Below, piece by piece: positions 8,531 through 21,800 of a stretch of 32,000 bases of DNA; the stretch's first letter is position 1, and each line of letters begins with the position of its first letter. The notes below the pieces were generated by a model. The model saw only the letters and a program-made list of their open reading frames with translations, was not told the DNA's origin and searched no databases. The position numbers and the translations under genes are program-made. The DNA comes from Candidatus Heimdallarchaeota archaeon (GTDB taxonomy: Archaea; Asgardarchaeota; Heimdallarchaeia; Heimdallarchaeales; Heimdallarchaeaceae), in assembly GCA_019057815.1 (NCBI GenBank), contig JAHLWR010000013.1, positions 39,542-71,541 on the forward strand, read 5' to 3'.

Positions 8531-9004
8531 ATGACTTGGTTAGATGAAGTTATTCTTGGAGGAACATTTGATCATCTTCATCTTGGTCATAAAGCGGTAT
8601 TAGAGGCAGCAATAAGTATTTCTAAATATGTTAGAGTTGGAGTAACATCTGATATTTTCGCCAGAAAAATGCGTAGAAATGATAAATTTATTCATCATCT
8701 TCAGCCTTTTAAAAAAAGAGAAAGAAATGTTCAACTATTTCTTGAAGAACGAGGATGTCAAAAACATCGAACAATGAAAATTCATGATAGATATGGTCCT
8801 GCTTTAACAGATCCTTATATAGAGGCTATAATAGCTACAGAAGAAACCTACCCTACAGCAGTAGAAATCAATAAACTGCGAAATTTAAACGGCCTAGATC
8901 ATCTACTAATTCTTGTAGTACCTTTTGTTTACGATGAAAAAGGAATTATAATTAGCTCTAGAAGAATTAGACAACAGCTTGGAGAAAAGGCTAAAAAAGA
9001 ATGA
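8531..9004 (+). CDS. coaD: Phosphopantetheine adenylyltransferase, archaeal/eukaryotic type (cytidylyltransferase family)
   Basis: LGGTFDHLHLGHKAVL (the GxFxxxHxGH nucleotidyltransferase motif) and the C-terminal ISSRRIR. Size is about 157 aa. ATG 8531 is preferred to the GTG at 8522 listed in the ORF track. Confidence 0.8.
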   Translation: MTWLDEVILGGTFDHLHLGHKAVLEAAISISKYVRVGVTSDIFARKMRRNDKFIHHLQPFKKRERNVQLFLEERGCQKHRTMKIHDRYGPALTDPYIEAIIATEETYPTAVEINKLRNLNGLDHLLILVVPFVYDEKGIIISSRRIRQQLGEKAKKE

Positions 9005-9068
9005 AATTCTAGGGAATAATTACCCAACTAAGATAAGGAGTATTCTGAAAAGAATTCTAGAAGATTTA

Positions 9069-9602
9069 TTAAGCAATCTTTTTCTCAATGCTTCGTAAAA
9101 TAGCTTCACCCATGGATAAAAATGCATTAGGAACATTGTCTCCGGTCTTAGCAGAAGTTTCGATAAAACCAATCATACCATTGTCTTTAGCAAATTTTTG
9201 GCCTTCTTCAGTAGAGACATCACGAAGATCCTCAAGATCGATTTTATTACCAGCTAACATAAGCATGATGCGAGGGCTTTCAGAGCGAGCTTCGTTGATC
9301 CAAGTTTTAAGGTTGTCAAAAGATTGACGACGAGTAATATCATAGGTAACTAAGGCACCCAAACTACCTTTAAAGAAAATTTGGCGCATAGAAGCAAAAC
9401 GATCTTGACCAGCAATATCCCAAAGTTGTAAACAAACCTTAGTGTCACCAATATCAGCAAAAAACGAATATGGCTCCATACCTATGGTCATTAGGTATCC
9501 TGACTGAAATTTTCCATGTATAAATCTCTGCACTAGTGATGTTTTTCCTACTGCTCCATCTCCTAGTAGTAGCATTTTGAAAGTATATTTGTAGCTTACC
9601 AT
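9069..9602 (-). CDS. Ras-superfamily small GTPase, Rab-like
   Basis: G1 GDGAVGKTS, G3 WDIAGQDRF, G4 GNKIDL and G5 ETSAKTG. 177 aa. AGGAAG lies 8 nt upstream of the ATG. Confidence 0.9.
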   Translation of the reverse strand: MVSYKYTFKMLLLGDGAVGKTSLVQRFIHGKFQSGYLMTIGMEPYSFFADIGDTKVCLQLWDIAGQDRFASMRQIFFKGSLGALVTYDITRRQSFDNLKTWINEARSESPRIMLMLAGNKIDLEDLRDVSTEEGQKFAKDNGMIGFIETSAKTGDNVPNAFLSMGEAILRSIEKKIA

Positions 9603-9830
9603 TTTTTCTTCCTACTGAGTTCTTATCTTGCATTAGTTCTTTATTGTTTATTAGTTTTTCTTTGTTTTCTGTTCTTTTTATCTTTTTTCCTCTCAGCCTT
9701 CTTTTTTACTGAGCTAACCAGTGTATCACTAAAAGTATATTTTTCTGGGAGATTTTGTTCTCTCTCCCCCTTACCTCAATTCTTGTTCTCTCTCTTCTTT
9801 AAACGTGACATGTTTTTCCTTTTTTTTTCT
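9603..9830 (-). other. 228-nt spacer that is strongly polypurine on the coding (minus) strand, between the giant gene and the GTPase gene
   Basis: The plus strand is almost entirely T/C. The minus strand contains several GGAG/GAGG-like runs (GAGGUAAGGGGGAGAGAGAAC, GCUGAGAGGAAAAAAG, GUAGGAAGAAAAAAUGG). Confidence 0.6.
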
Positions 9831-12800
9831 TTAGATATAATCTCTAATCACTTTACGGAAGTTTATACATGCTGCAAACATTCGAGCAAAGTCTATATCT
9901 GTGTTATAATATCCTTCTCGCACTTCCTTCATCAAATTATTAATGAAATTTCTGACACTTTGTCTCAATTCTAACCTTGTTGTTAGTCCTCCTATTTCCA
10001 TGATTGTTTTGTATGCTGTTATAAGACTATATTTTGCATATAACTTTACATAATCCACATGATCTAATGTATATATCCTATCTATTTCGACTTGTGTAGA
10101 AATTATATCATAGAGTTCTCTGAATATCTTTTCTTCTTCTTTTATGGATATCAAGTTTCCATTTTCATCTTTTTTCACTGTTAATGGAACTGGCATTGCT
10201 TTTCTGTTTTCAATTATGTCTTTAATGACGCTTAAGACTATTTCTTCAATACTTCCGTCAACTATTTCTCCCTCGTTTTTCATTTTTGTTATGTAGTTTT
10301 CAATAAATGCTTCTGTTATCACATTTACTTCTTGATTCTTACTTTTCTTGTTTCTTGTATTTATCATCCATTCAGTATGGAGTTTGTCCCAGATTTTTCT
10401 ATAATTTGCAATAGATGAAGGTAAAGTGAAAATGAAACGTTCAAATTTATATTTCGTATAGTCTACTGGTTTTATTTGTCCGTAATCTGTCATTATTTCA
10501 AAAAGTTCTAAAGCGAATTTCATAATTACAGTCAAAATATCATTTAACCCTTGACTTCTATCATTTTCCGCTACGATACTCCTTGTAATATAGGTTAAAC
10601 TATTAATTCTTACTGTTCTTGACTGTTGAAATACAATTTTTAATACATCTACTAAATCATTTATTGATATTATCTTATTAATTCGATTATTAGCTCTTTG
10701 ATAATTGATTTTATTTATATACATACATCCTTCAATTAATGCTTCTTTTAGTTCTGGCATTGATTGTAATAATATTCTTCCACCGTCAGGACTCTTTAAA
10801 TTAACTAGCTCTAAGCCATATTTAATCTGTAGATTTTTGTTCCACAAATTTTGTAAATCAACTCGATATTCTATACTATTCCTTTTACCTATCAGGGTTT
10901 CTAAAGCGTTTATTAGAGATGAAAGAGATAAGTATAAGGCTTTATTACCCTCACTATCTTCTGTAAATCGTACTGCTAGGAATTTTGTTGCATCTTGTTT
11001 CGGTGTCAAGTTTTTTATTGTGCCATCTTCTTTAATTACATCTTTCCCTACATCCAAATTTTGTTGAATAAGTTTATTGATAGCTTCTATTTTCGACTGA
11101 TCTATAAGACTGTTGGATTGATATTTTAATATATCATTAATATATATTATTGTAGTCCCATCTGCCGATTCACCTATAGAATCTTTGAAACTAAGTTTAT
11201 TTATTGCTGTTATAACATTTGTTAAATCATATTTGTAATCTCCTTGGGGACTCGCTCTGAATGTTACTTCTACGACAAATCCCCTCCCGTTGGAGTTTTG
11301 TATTGTATTTTGTATTGAGAAGACATAACTTACTTTTTCTTGTCTTATGTTTTTATAATAAAGTACCATATTCTTGATTATTTGAACAGCTGAATGTATA
11401 GCAGAACCTACTATTCTGACATTAGTCGTATCTTTGAATCGATTTAAAGTATTACTCTGATCTGAATATGCTTGTGAATATTGTTTTTCCATTGGTTTTG
11501 TTAACATGTCACTTTCTAGCAGTTCAATACTCGGATTTATCACTGTTCTTTCAATTGCTCCCATTAACATTTTATATTTTTGTTCGCTGTTTTCCATTGT
11601 TTTTATATCGTCTCTTATTGATTCGTATTTACTGTTACATATATCCATATACGTTCTGAAATCGTCTATTTTTGTCATTGATGTTAATATTTCCAAATAA
11701 TTGCTAATGTGTGGGGAATAATTTGGATTAGATTTTGGTAACAATGCTGTGTTAAAAATTTCTAATTCAAAATTAAGACACACATCACCTAGAGGCTCTG
11801 TTGTTTCTCCATTCAATAGCTTGTCCTCTAATCCCACTGCTAGTGTTTTAATAATATTTCCTTCGTTTGTGTCTTTAAAGTTCCCGTTACTCTTTTCATA
11901 AAATACTGACGCTATTGGTGGATTTGTTAATAGATCCTCTTCATTTTTGTATTCATTTTTGATCTTATCTTTGAGATCTGTAAAGGTATTTGCTACTAAT
12001 GTAGTTCCATCCTTTTTAATGATGTAGTATCTGTTGTATTTTACTCCGTCTTTGTTAAACTGTGCATGAAAAATGGATGAACTTAACCATATTTCTTTGT
12101 TGTTCGGATAATGTAAATCTACAATGTTTGATTTAGCTACTGACGATGAAAACATTCCTGTATATGCTGAGAGTTTTATTGTATCAGCTACTTCTTCTCC
12201 TGTGCCTGTGTCAGTAAAAGTTATTGTCTTTTTATATTCTATTGTTCCATCTCCTTTTACGATCTTTATTCCTTCAAAGATCTCTATTTCTGCAGTGTGT
12301 TTCATCTGTTCCGCTACTTGTTTATGGTTAAAGTACGATAAACTATCTTTCTCTGATTTTATACTATACACCACTTCTGTTCCATCATCTAGTTTAAAAA
12401 CTATAAACCCATTTTCATCTACTTGTACACTTGGTTCTTTCTGGAATAAAGCTATTATACTTTGTTTCAAAACCCATTTTTTAAGGAGAAGACCTAAATT
12501 AATATTTAATTCATCACTTTTTTCTTCGATTTTTCTCTTAAATTCATCAACTGTAAAACTCTTTGTAGAATCTGGATATATTCCAAACGTTTTTTGGAAA
12601 GATTCTACTATTCTTCTTATTCCTGCTGTTCCTCCTAATGGTATATCAAAAGTGGGAACATAGTCAACACTGTCTATCTTATCCATTACTCCTAATTCTT
12701 CGAAAACCTTTCTTGCCTCCTCAGTCATTCTATCTGTAGTAACGATGTTTGTAGCTTTTTTATTAAACCTTAGATGATCTTGTCTCACCTTGTATTCATG

Positions 12801-15800
12801 GACGATTAAACTGTCTACTTGTAAACATTTGTAGGAAAATACACCTTCATTTTCTTTTATAATGAAGAAATACGTTTTTCCCTCACTTGTAGCGTCTGCT
12901 CCTGTTGGTGATAATCTTGTTTCTGACTGTGATTTGAATAGTTTGTTAAGTATGTTTTCTGTATTTATTTTACTTTCTCCTATTAAATTATTTTTTACAT
13001 CTGTTACTTCTCCCGTCACAGGATTGAGTTCTAGTGACAGAAACGGGTTTCCTATTCCAGCTATCACTTTTCTTTGTCCTTGTTTGATAATATTACGTAT
13101 TTGACTTGTCATTCTCGCTTTATAATTCTCCTTTGCTTGGGGACAGTTCATAATGAATAATGCCCCTATTAAATCGAGAGTGAGTTGTTGGGTTTCTGCC
13201 AAAGCCTTATGACCTATTAAGTAGTTTCGTATTTGTGTTAGTATATACATTCCAAAATCTAGCATAGAGTGCTCAAAGAGTAGTTGATATTGTTCATTAC
13301 CAATAGAATTTCCGTCTGCAAAGACCGCATCATTATCGATTTCTTTTTCCATCTTTATAAATTCTTCAAGTAATTGGTATATTGCTGTATCTTTAATTCC
13401 CTCAGATATTGCTATCAATTCCTCTAATTCATCACCACAGATTTTCTTATTGATTGACCCATCATCATTTAAAGCTACACCTATTGTTGCTTTAGCAAGT
13501 ATTTTCTTAATATTATCTTGGGCATTAATTAGTAACAAAGTCTGGTAAAATCCTGATTCTTGTATAGTATCAGGATCTATTTTTAGATTGATTTCTTCTG
13601 AACCCATTTGAATTTTGAGAAAGGTATCTCCGTTTACCTTTTCCAGTTTCATTAATTTAGTCAATTTTTCAGCGTTATTTTCACCATCTAAAAATTTAAT
13701 AAAATTAGTAGCAAATCTATTCACAGCCTTAGCTGGTTTTAACAGGTCGTCTACGGTAATCTCAAAGTAATCTCGTATTATTCTGACATCTTCATCTGAT
13801 AAATTAGTTATTTCACCAGATTTCACTTTATTTAAAAGATCAATTCCGTCTTGTTCTGTAATAAGGTTGTGGAAATGTGGTCGTAATTGTAACATTTCCA
13901 TTTTAGCTTTGAGTTCTAATTCTTGTGCTATCCGATTTCTATTATCTTCGTCGAATCTAAATTCGTCTAGAGTAGGTTGTCTACCGTTTGTTGTTAGTAA
14001 TAGTTTTTGTACAAGTGATTGTGTAACAGGAGGTTCATAGTGATCTAAATCCTCTAAAGATTCAGCTCCACCATAATAAGCTAAATCATTTAATATGTCG
14101 GCTGCAGGACCTAAATCATACATCCATTCCATCATCGAATGGAACCAATAATTGTGGGCAAAAGCTTGTAAGAATTTGTAAGAGCTGGTTCCTTGAGTTT
14201 TTTGTGTAATGAGAACAATTCTTTGTGAAGACATCCCTTTAGCTTTAAGTAAGAGAGACATAGCACTCCACATGAGTTGTTCTTTCAAACCCATTACAGT
14301 CCCTAAAAGTGTTGTATAGATCGTTTGAGGCCAAAATATTCCCCATTGTAGAAAACTTCCAACAAGTTTTGTACCAAACTCCAATAACTCTCTAGTACCA
14401 AATTTGAAAGTATTACCTAATTCTAAACTACTAAGAGCGTTTTGAGGGCTAAGTTTTTCGATATATTCTAATAACATTCTGTCAGATTGTGACCATGATG
14501 AGGGATTATCAAAATCAATATTTTTACCAACAGCCTCTTTCTTCCAGAACTCCCATTCTTTTGTGTTTTTGATTTTTTTGCTTAAAAGATCTTGAGCTTG
14601 ATGTGAGGGTTCATCGATGTCACTTAAGACCATTAATATGTCCCCAGGAATTTGAGAGATAGCCAAACCTCGAAAGAAATTGTTAGGATCGAAAATAGCG
14701 TCACGAACATCTTGCCATAAAGCTGTAATTGAGAAACGAGCAAGAAACATTTCCATAATTGTCATGAAAGTAGATTCTTTAAGACCTGTGCCTAAATTAA
14801 TTCCAGGGATAACAAAGTTGTCACTCATTCCAAAAAACATTTCATAACTAATTTCATCTTCGGCACCTATCACTTTGTAAATAACAATATCAGCAGATTG
14901 ATTCAAAGAGTCGGGGTTTCGGACATCATTAGGGTTGGTAACACCTAATTTCTTTGTGTTAGGAACATAAACAGTGGAAATATTTGCACCTAGACTATCC
15001 GAGATTACAACACTAAAACCTGTTTTTCTTAGAACTTCAGCAATATATTTGACTTGGGCTGCCTCATTACCTCCAATGGCGACACCTTCAGATTTTGCTA
15101 TTTCGTTAGCAATAGTCTTTAAATAAACCATAAAGAGGTTCTCACCACCAAAATTATAATTTTCGCGGTTATGAGCTCTATAATTTAGATGAAGTAACAT
15201 ATCAGCGTTGGATTGAACATAGGGGTATTCTTCTTTGGAAACTATCCCAGTACAACCTCCAATATGAAATACCCATTCTAGTAAGAGAATAAAACGGAGT
15301 AAGTAATAATATTTTTTCTCTGCCCAATCCGTAAAGTCCCCTTTTAATAATGAACCTAAAGTGCGCATGAAGTCATTAAAGCTTAATTCTCCTGTCAAAA
15401 ACGATTTTAATAAGTTAAAGATTGCTGTGATTTTTTGCCAGAAATTAATGAAAGAAGTCTTAATTCTATTACCCCAACTAATGAGGAAATCTTTAGTTTT
15501 ACTAAATACTACTTTAGCAGAAACAAGAACGTTTCTAAAGAATTGTAAAATGTATTTTCCAGGATTGCTAAAGAACTCTACAATTTTAGCTTTGAGTGTA
15601 TTAAACATTGCACTTAATCCTGAAGCTATCCAGTTTGGTCCTCCTGTCATATCTAAGATGACCATCCCAACGAGCATTATTCCCGCAATAATAAATGTTT
15701 TCTTGACTATGAAGGTTAGAAAACGACCTTGTATGTTACCGTATAACATGAGTCCGCCTGTGAGTAACATTATTGAACCGAGTATAGCATATATGTGGAA

Positions 15801-18800
15801 GTGTTCGTCCGCGTTTTCTATCCATCTATCTAATAATTCTCCGCTCTTAAGAACATCGATAAATTGTTTAAGAGGACAGTAGAAGTTGTATCTGAGATAG
15901 TTGATAAAGTTGTTCCAAGATGATTTAACAAACTGTAGAAAAGCACCTTCCCAATCATAATTAAGAAGATAATCTTCTAACGTTTGTTGAGCATAGAGTA
16001 GACTTTGAGGAGTGACAGTTCTTTCATCTGGAACGACATAATCGTAAGAGAACAGTTTGAGCAAAACTTGTGAAGTGAAAATAAAGTTACCATCATAATG
16101 ATTGTTAAATTCAACACTAAGAGAATTAAGGAAATGAGCAATATACATTCCATTATAAAGCACATGTAATTCTTTAGTAAGAAGGTTAATAGTAATAACT
16201 CTATCTTGTAAGGTGATACGAAATTGTGTAGTATTAAAACCTTCTACGTTGTTATCAGTGATATTAAGTACTAAGTAATCGATTGGACCAGTGTTATAGT
16301 GTTCATCAAAGAGATTCCAATATTCTATGTTAATAACATCATTCAATTCTAAAGTTGTACCAACAGAAGTGATTTCCATTGTATAACTGTTTTCTTGAAC
16401 AGCGAGTAGGTCGTGGTTAATACTAGTGTCTCCAGAGGTTGTTGCAGTGTATAATTTAATATTTTCTAAATCCTGTGTTTGAAGGTTTTTAACTTCTAGA
16501 TTGTTAATAGATTGATAATTGCTTTGTGTTGTTGTAGAACATGGTACCATCTCTTGTAGCTCTACTTTTTGTATTTGGATTTCATGGTATTCATGAGCAG
16601 TATTTTGATCGTAAATATATCCAAAGACAGCATAACCTATACCATCCGTTTCATCATAATCAGCAACACCTATCCAGACGATTTTAACAGTGTGAATAGC
16701 TAAACCATCACAATAAAAATAGGACATGAGATATTTTTTACTAGAGTATGAACGACGGGCAATATCTACAGGAGCATAAGTGAAAGTGTTTGTTCCTCCC
16801 GTGTATTCGTCAAGAGCGAGAAATATTCTTCTTTGTCCTAATTTATCCATAAGATCTATGTGATAATCTGTAGGTTGAGCAACAAGTGAGATAAATTCAT
16901 TGATACCTTCGATAGAAAGGGTGAAGTTGAGAGAGTTGTAAGCATTTAAGTCATTTAACACAAAAACAAACGTGTGGAATCCAGCTGTGTGCCATGTGGT
17001 AGAAATATCATCGCCATTGTATGTGTTTGTTAAATCATAAGGTTTCATAGTAAACTGGAAATTACCATTTGCATCAGCTAACAAAAGTTCATTTCTGAAT
17101 GATGAAGCATTGAAATCGTTAGGTTGACGAATAAGGAAACCATCAATGTAAATTGCTAAGAAACTAGAAAGATTGAGGTTGGAATGTAAAATATACTGCA
17201 AATCGGGAGTGATTTCGGTTAAATGTCTAATTGTTGTGCTTACAACAATCTGAGTATCGTTAGAGTAGAAACCTGAATCTATTTGTCCTAATTCTTCTAT
17301 TGTACCATAATCTGTGATGGAGGAATATCCAAGTGCCATGTCATTGTAAGTGATGTTGTTAAAAATTACATCGCCTGCTAAAGGAACAGCTTTCTCGAAC
17401 CATTCTGTCAAGAAGTAAGACATGGAATAGTTACTATAGATTGGGATATATTCTCCGTTCCACTCTGGAATATCTATATCTCCATTTCTGAAATATTCTC
17501 CTGTTTTATCGATATAAATATCGGGATTAGAGACCGTCCATTCAGGAATAAATGTGAAGTTGTTCGAATCCAATACTGTCTTCATCGAATCTTTGAGTAG
17601 GGTAAAGGATTTGTCAAGAACAATGTTAACTTTGAAGAAGGGTTGATAATCGTTGAAAGAACTATCATTGAAAGTCGTGTGATGGATTCTAAAAATAAAA
17701 GTATGATAACCACCGTAAAGATTGTTTAAAGGTATCTTAATTTCCTTTTCTTCATATTTATTGGCAACATCATAAGAAAATTGATAAGAAACAGGATTAT
17801 CTATGCTAAATTCAACATTAGTATTGATAATTAACGTTCCTATTGATTCTTTTTCTGTTAGTACAGTGAAAGTCATATCGAATGCAAAAACGTCTGCAAA
17901 AGTGAGGTTAAGTCTCTCTTTGAGATTAATGTACCCCAAATCATCTGAAAGAATAGGTTGCCATGTACTATCAGTATTGAGTAATGCACTTGGCGTGTTT
18001 TCAGAAGGATTGATAGTTGGAAGTATAGCATATAGATTAAAGCCTTTTAGTTCACTTGATCCTGCAGAACAGGAGAGAGTATAATGTGTACCATCAACAT
18101 AGAAATCTTTTACTTTTACTACACTATAGAAATTACTTATGTAATCATAAGGATTAGTAACATCTAGTAAGTTTAAGGATTGTTCTGTCCCTACTTGTGT
18201 TGCACTAATGTATGCAATAAGGTTCATAAAATTCAACGAGAAATAATGCCAATCATTGTCATCTTTAATAGGTACAGCATATTCAATATGATGATAACCA
18301 GAATAATTTGTATCGTTTAAATCATAAGGATCGAAATTTGTAGATGTGAAATATAAATTGGCGAGAATTATCTCTAAATTAAGATTCTTCTCGTAATAGT
18401 TATAATCTTCCATATATGAAGCTTGGAGAGGTAAAGTTACTGTAAGTACATCTCCTTCAGCTATCTTATAATAGAATTCCAGACTATTTACTAGTGTAAC
18501 ATCGACACTTTCAACTGAAGGTATATCTATTAGATCCACTGAATATTTGGCATCAGATGGAAGAATATCAGGATTTGATGGGCTTGTATAGAGGAAGTTT
18601 GTTATCGTTTTGACTTTTCCTAAAGCTATTTTATCGAATTCTACTATATTATCGAAGTGGAGAGTGTATTTATGTAATCCTACAATGGAAAAGTCATCTA
18701 AGATGATAATAACAGGATGATTGGTTGTAAAAGCGTTATAATCTATGCAACGATAACCAAGGAATTGATCATCATCTCCATATACAGAAATATTAACAGG

Positions 18801-21800
18801 ACCATAAAGAGGGTTAACAATTAATTGTAAGATTCCTTTACGTGCAAAATAATCCTCTGAAAAGGTGAAAAGGCCATTATCATCAACATTGTATGACCAC
18901 CCTTCTAAGTCCTTATACGAAAAGTCCGAATTAATTACACCTATACTAACTTCTAGAAGGTAAAGAGTACCCGTGGTAGTTGACATAGAAACATGATAAG
19001 TATAACCTATGTCTATGTTAATGGTAGTTCCATCATACTCCCACTTTTCTTCTTTTGTACCATCGTCTATGAATAATACTTGATAAGAGGAGTTGAAGTT
19101 GAAGGTGAGAGTGTAAATGTGTCCTGAATAGATTTGATAGTCAAGTGATTGATTATCAAAGTATAAAATGTTGTCCCTTATTTCAATATTAAAGAGTTCA
19201 TTATCATTGTGAGTTGTAGTAAATACAGCATTTGTTGTATCATTGGCTATGAATGTTGTTGTAAAGGTTCCTAAACTTTCTGTATAATTACCCATAATAA
19301 AGGAGTTGCTAATGGAAGAATTGAACATTTTAAGACTATATTCTGTTTCTCCCTTTAACCAATAACTGATCTCTCCAGCACCTTGTAATCCTCTTCCATG
19401 AGAATAAGTAAGAGGAGAAGTGTAAAATTTCCCGTTTCTAATCTCTTCAATGTAAACCATGGTGTTTTCTGTCTGTATGAAAAGTTTGACTTTTGTACCA
19501 CCATTAAGGTGAGGTTTCATGAAATTATTATGATAAAAGATTTCTTCAACTATAGATTGTCCCATATCATCTTCACTATATATACTGAAGACTACATCAG
19601 AATTTTCTTTTATTTCAATACGAATCTTAAATATCTCATCATTTTTACTAGCTTGATCATCAAAGTAAACATGAGCAAACTCTCCTAAAATATCATAACC
19701 AAATCCACCTAAATCCCAAGCGAGAGCACATGTATGACCTAGATCGTTCATTACACCAATATATACTCTTCGGGTGGTCTGGGTGTCCCAAACATTTTGG
19801 AAAAGATTTGATAAGGTAACAAGATAATTAACATCTTTCATATCAATATAATTTGTGCTAATTTGTCCATCGACCCATAAACCGTCTATTGACATGTAAG
19901 TATGACCTGAATCTAATGAAATATAATCACCTGTTTGTTCAGGACTGGTTGGATATATAACTAAACTATTATAGAAGAAATTAGTCCTATTAGAATAAAA
20001 ACCGATATTTGATGCTTGATAACCTTGAACAGTTACACTAGTACTCGTTGCGAACCATCTTGTAGCCATACCATATTCTCCATCATTAGCTTGTTGCATG
20101 GCTCTAACTTCATCCCATTCGCTTATACCAAAAACTCTGTAACATTTGGCATAGATATCATATCTTACTTGCCCACTAGGGGTAATAGTTTTAACAATAG
20201 TAAGTTTGAGAGGTTGTAGATTCATGTTGTCTACAGAATTAGGTCCAGGATCTATACTATTACCTAAATTAACTATTTTTTGCTCGAAAAGGAGTGAATA
20301 AGTGTCACTAGCACCTTGATATTGCATTATAACCAAATAAAGAGGATAAGTATAATCGATGTCTTCTACAACTTTGAAACCTATGAACAAACCATCATAG
20401 AATGAATTAGCTATATTTTCAGTAGGTAATTCCAACATCATTCCTGCAACATCTGTTCGAATATCTCCTTCGATCCAAGTACTTGGTTGCACAGACATTT
20501 CTAGTTCGAAAATAGTATTTTCATATGGGTGTGTGTCGAGGAACGCTGCCCCAGCACCACGTAGCATGTTATATGCATCACTATAGGAAAAACCGCCTTC
20601 TATCATTTGTAAATAAGTGTCAATATTTTCTTCAGGTGAATCGAAATAATAGACTTCTCTTTGCATATCAGTATTTTTTTCTATGAAACTTATACCATAA
20701 ATTGCAGTAAAAGTCTCGTTGAGTTGGAGGATAAATCCATTTATGCTGTTGTTTACCCCATAATCTGCTAAGCATTTTTCATCATATATGTTAAAATCAA
20801 TAGTTTCATTGTCAATTATAACATTAATATAATTTGAAGCAGACAAACTTATTTGCTCATATTCTTTAGAGAAACTGAAGGTTTTTTGTAATGTGATTGG
20901 ACCATGTAAGAGTAAGGCTCCAAATACATTATCAAATGAGGGAGGTTCTAAATAGAATTGCATAAAGATTTGTAGTAACACAGAACTGTCAATAGTGTTA
21001 ATAAAACTAATAGGCGAATCTACAAAACCTGAAATCCAATAGTTATTAAACATTAATGGATTTGTTAGTTCTAAACCTTGATGTATTGTAATATTATACT
21101 CTACACCTTCTTCATTATGGTAATATGCTAACAATTTTCCACCATATCGTGGCATGGCTGTGTAATTCACTAACCATGAAGGATTGTAGGGTTGTAATCC
21201 AACCATTTCTCCCTCGGTTGTTATGTTAGTTTCTATATCTGTTGGGATAACGTCGGGAACTACGGTGTTGTTGATAACTTCTCCAAGATATTTTCTAACA
21301 ATGTCTCCATCAATCGGATTGACAATTCCTTGGTCATCTATTCCTTTACCAAAGGGTTCTGAACCAGCCCAGAATAAATTATTACCTCTCTCTATCCATT
21401 CTTGGAGCAGATATTTTTCAAATGGACGTCCATAATCATCATAGTAATAATATTTCTCTAGGAGTTTAGTAGGAAGTTCATCAAAAACTACCAAAATGTA
21501 CTTTTTACTACTAGTTCGTAAGGTGTTTTTCATCCAATTCGGGAAATTTGCATCTTCAGAATAGTAATAATAAATAGGAACATCAGGATATTTAGCCTTG
21601 AAAAAACTTACAGCATTTAGTTCTTGCTGTTCTCGGGTAGGAGTGATGGCAGAACCTATAAGAAAAACAATAGCTGTATCAATATTGTTCGCATAACCAA
21701 TATCTGCATAGCTGTTTTCGTTACTTTCTTCAGTATGTAAATAATTGTACTTAGCTATCTTATAGACTTCTATTTTTCTAATAGTGAAGGTTGTAGGTTT

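Noticed and set aside
12873-12902. Walker A-like string GADATSEGKT in the C-terminal domain of the giant protein
   Set aside because: The spacing is GxxxxxxGKT rather than GxxxxGK[ST], and no Walker B or other NTPase motifs follow.
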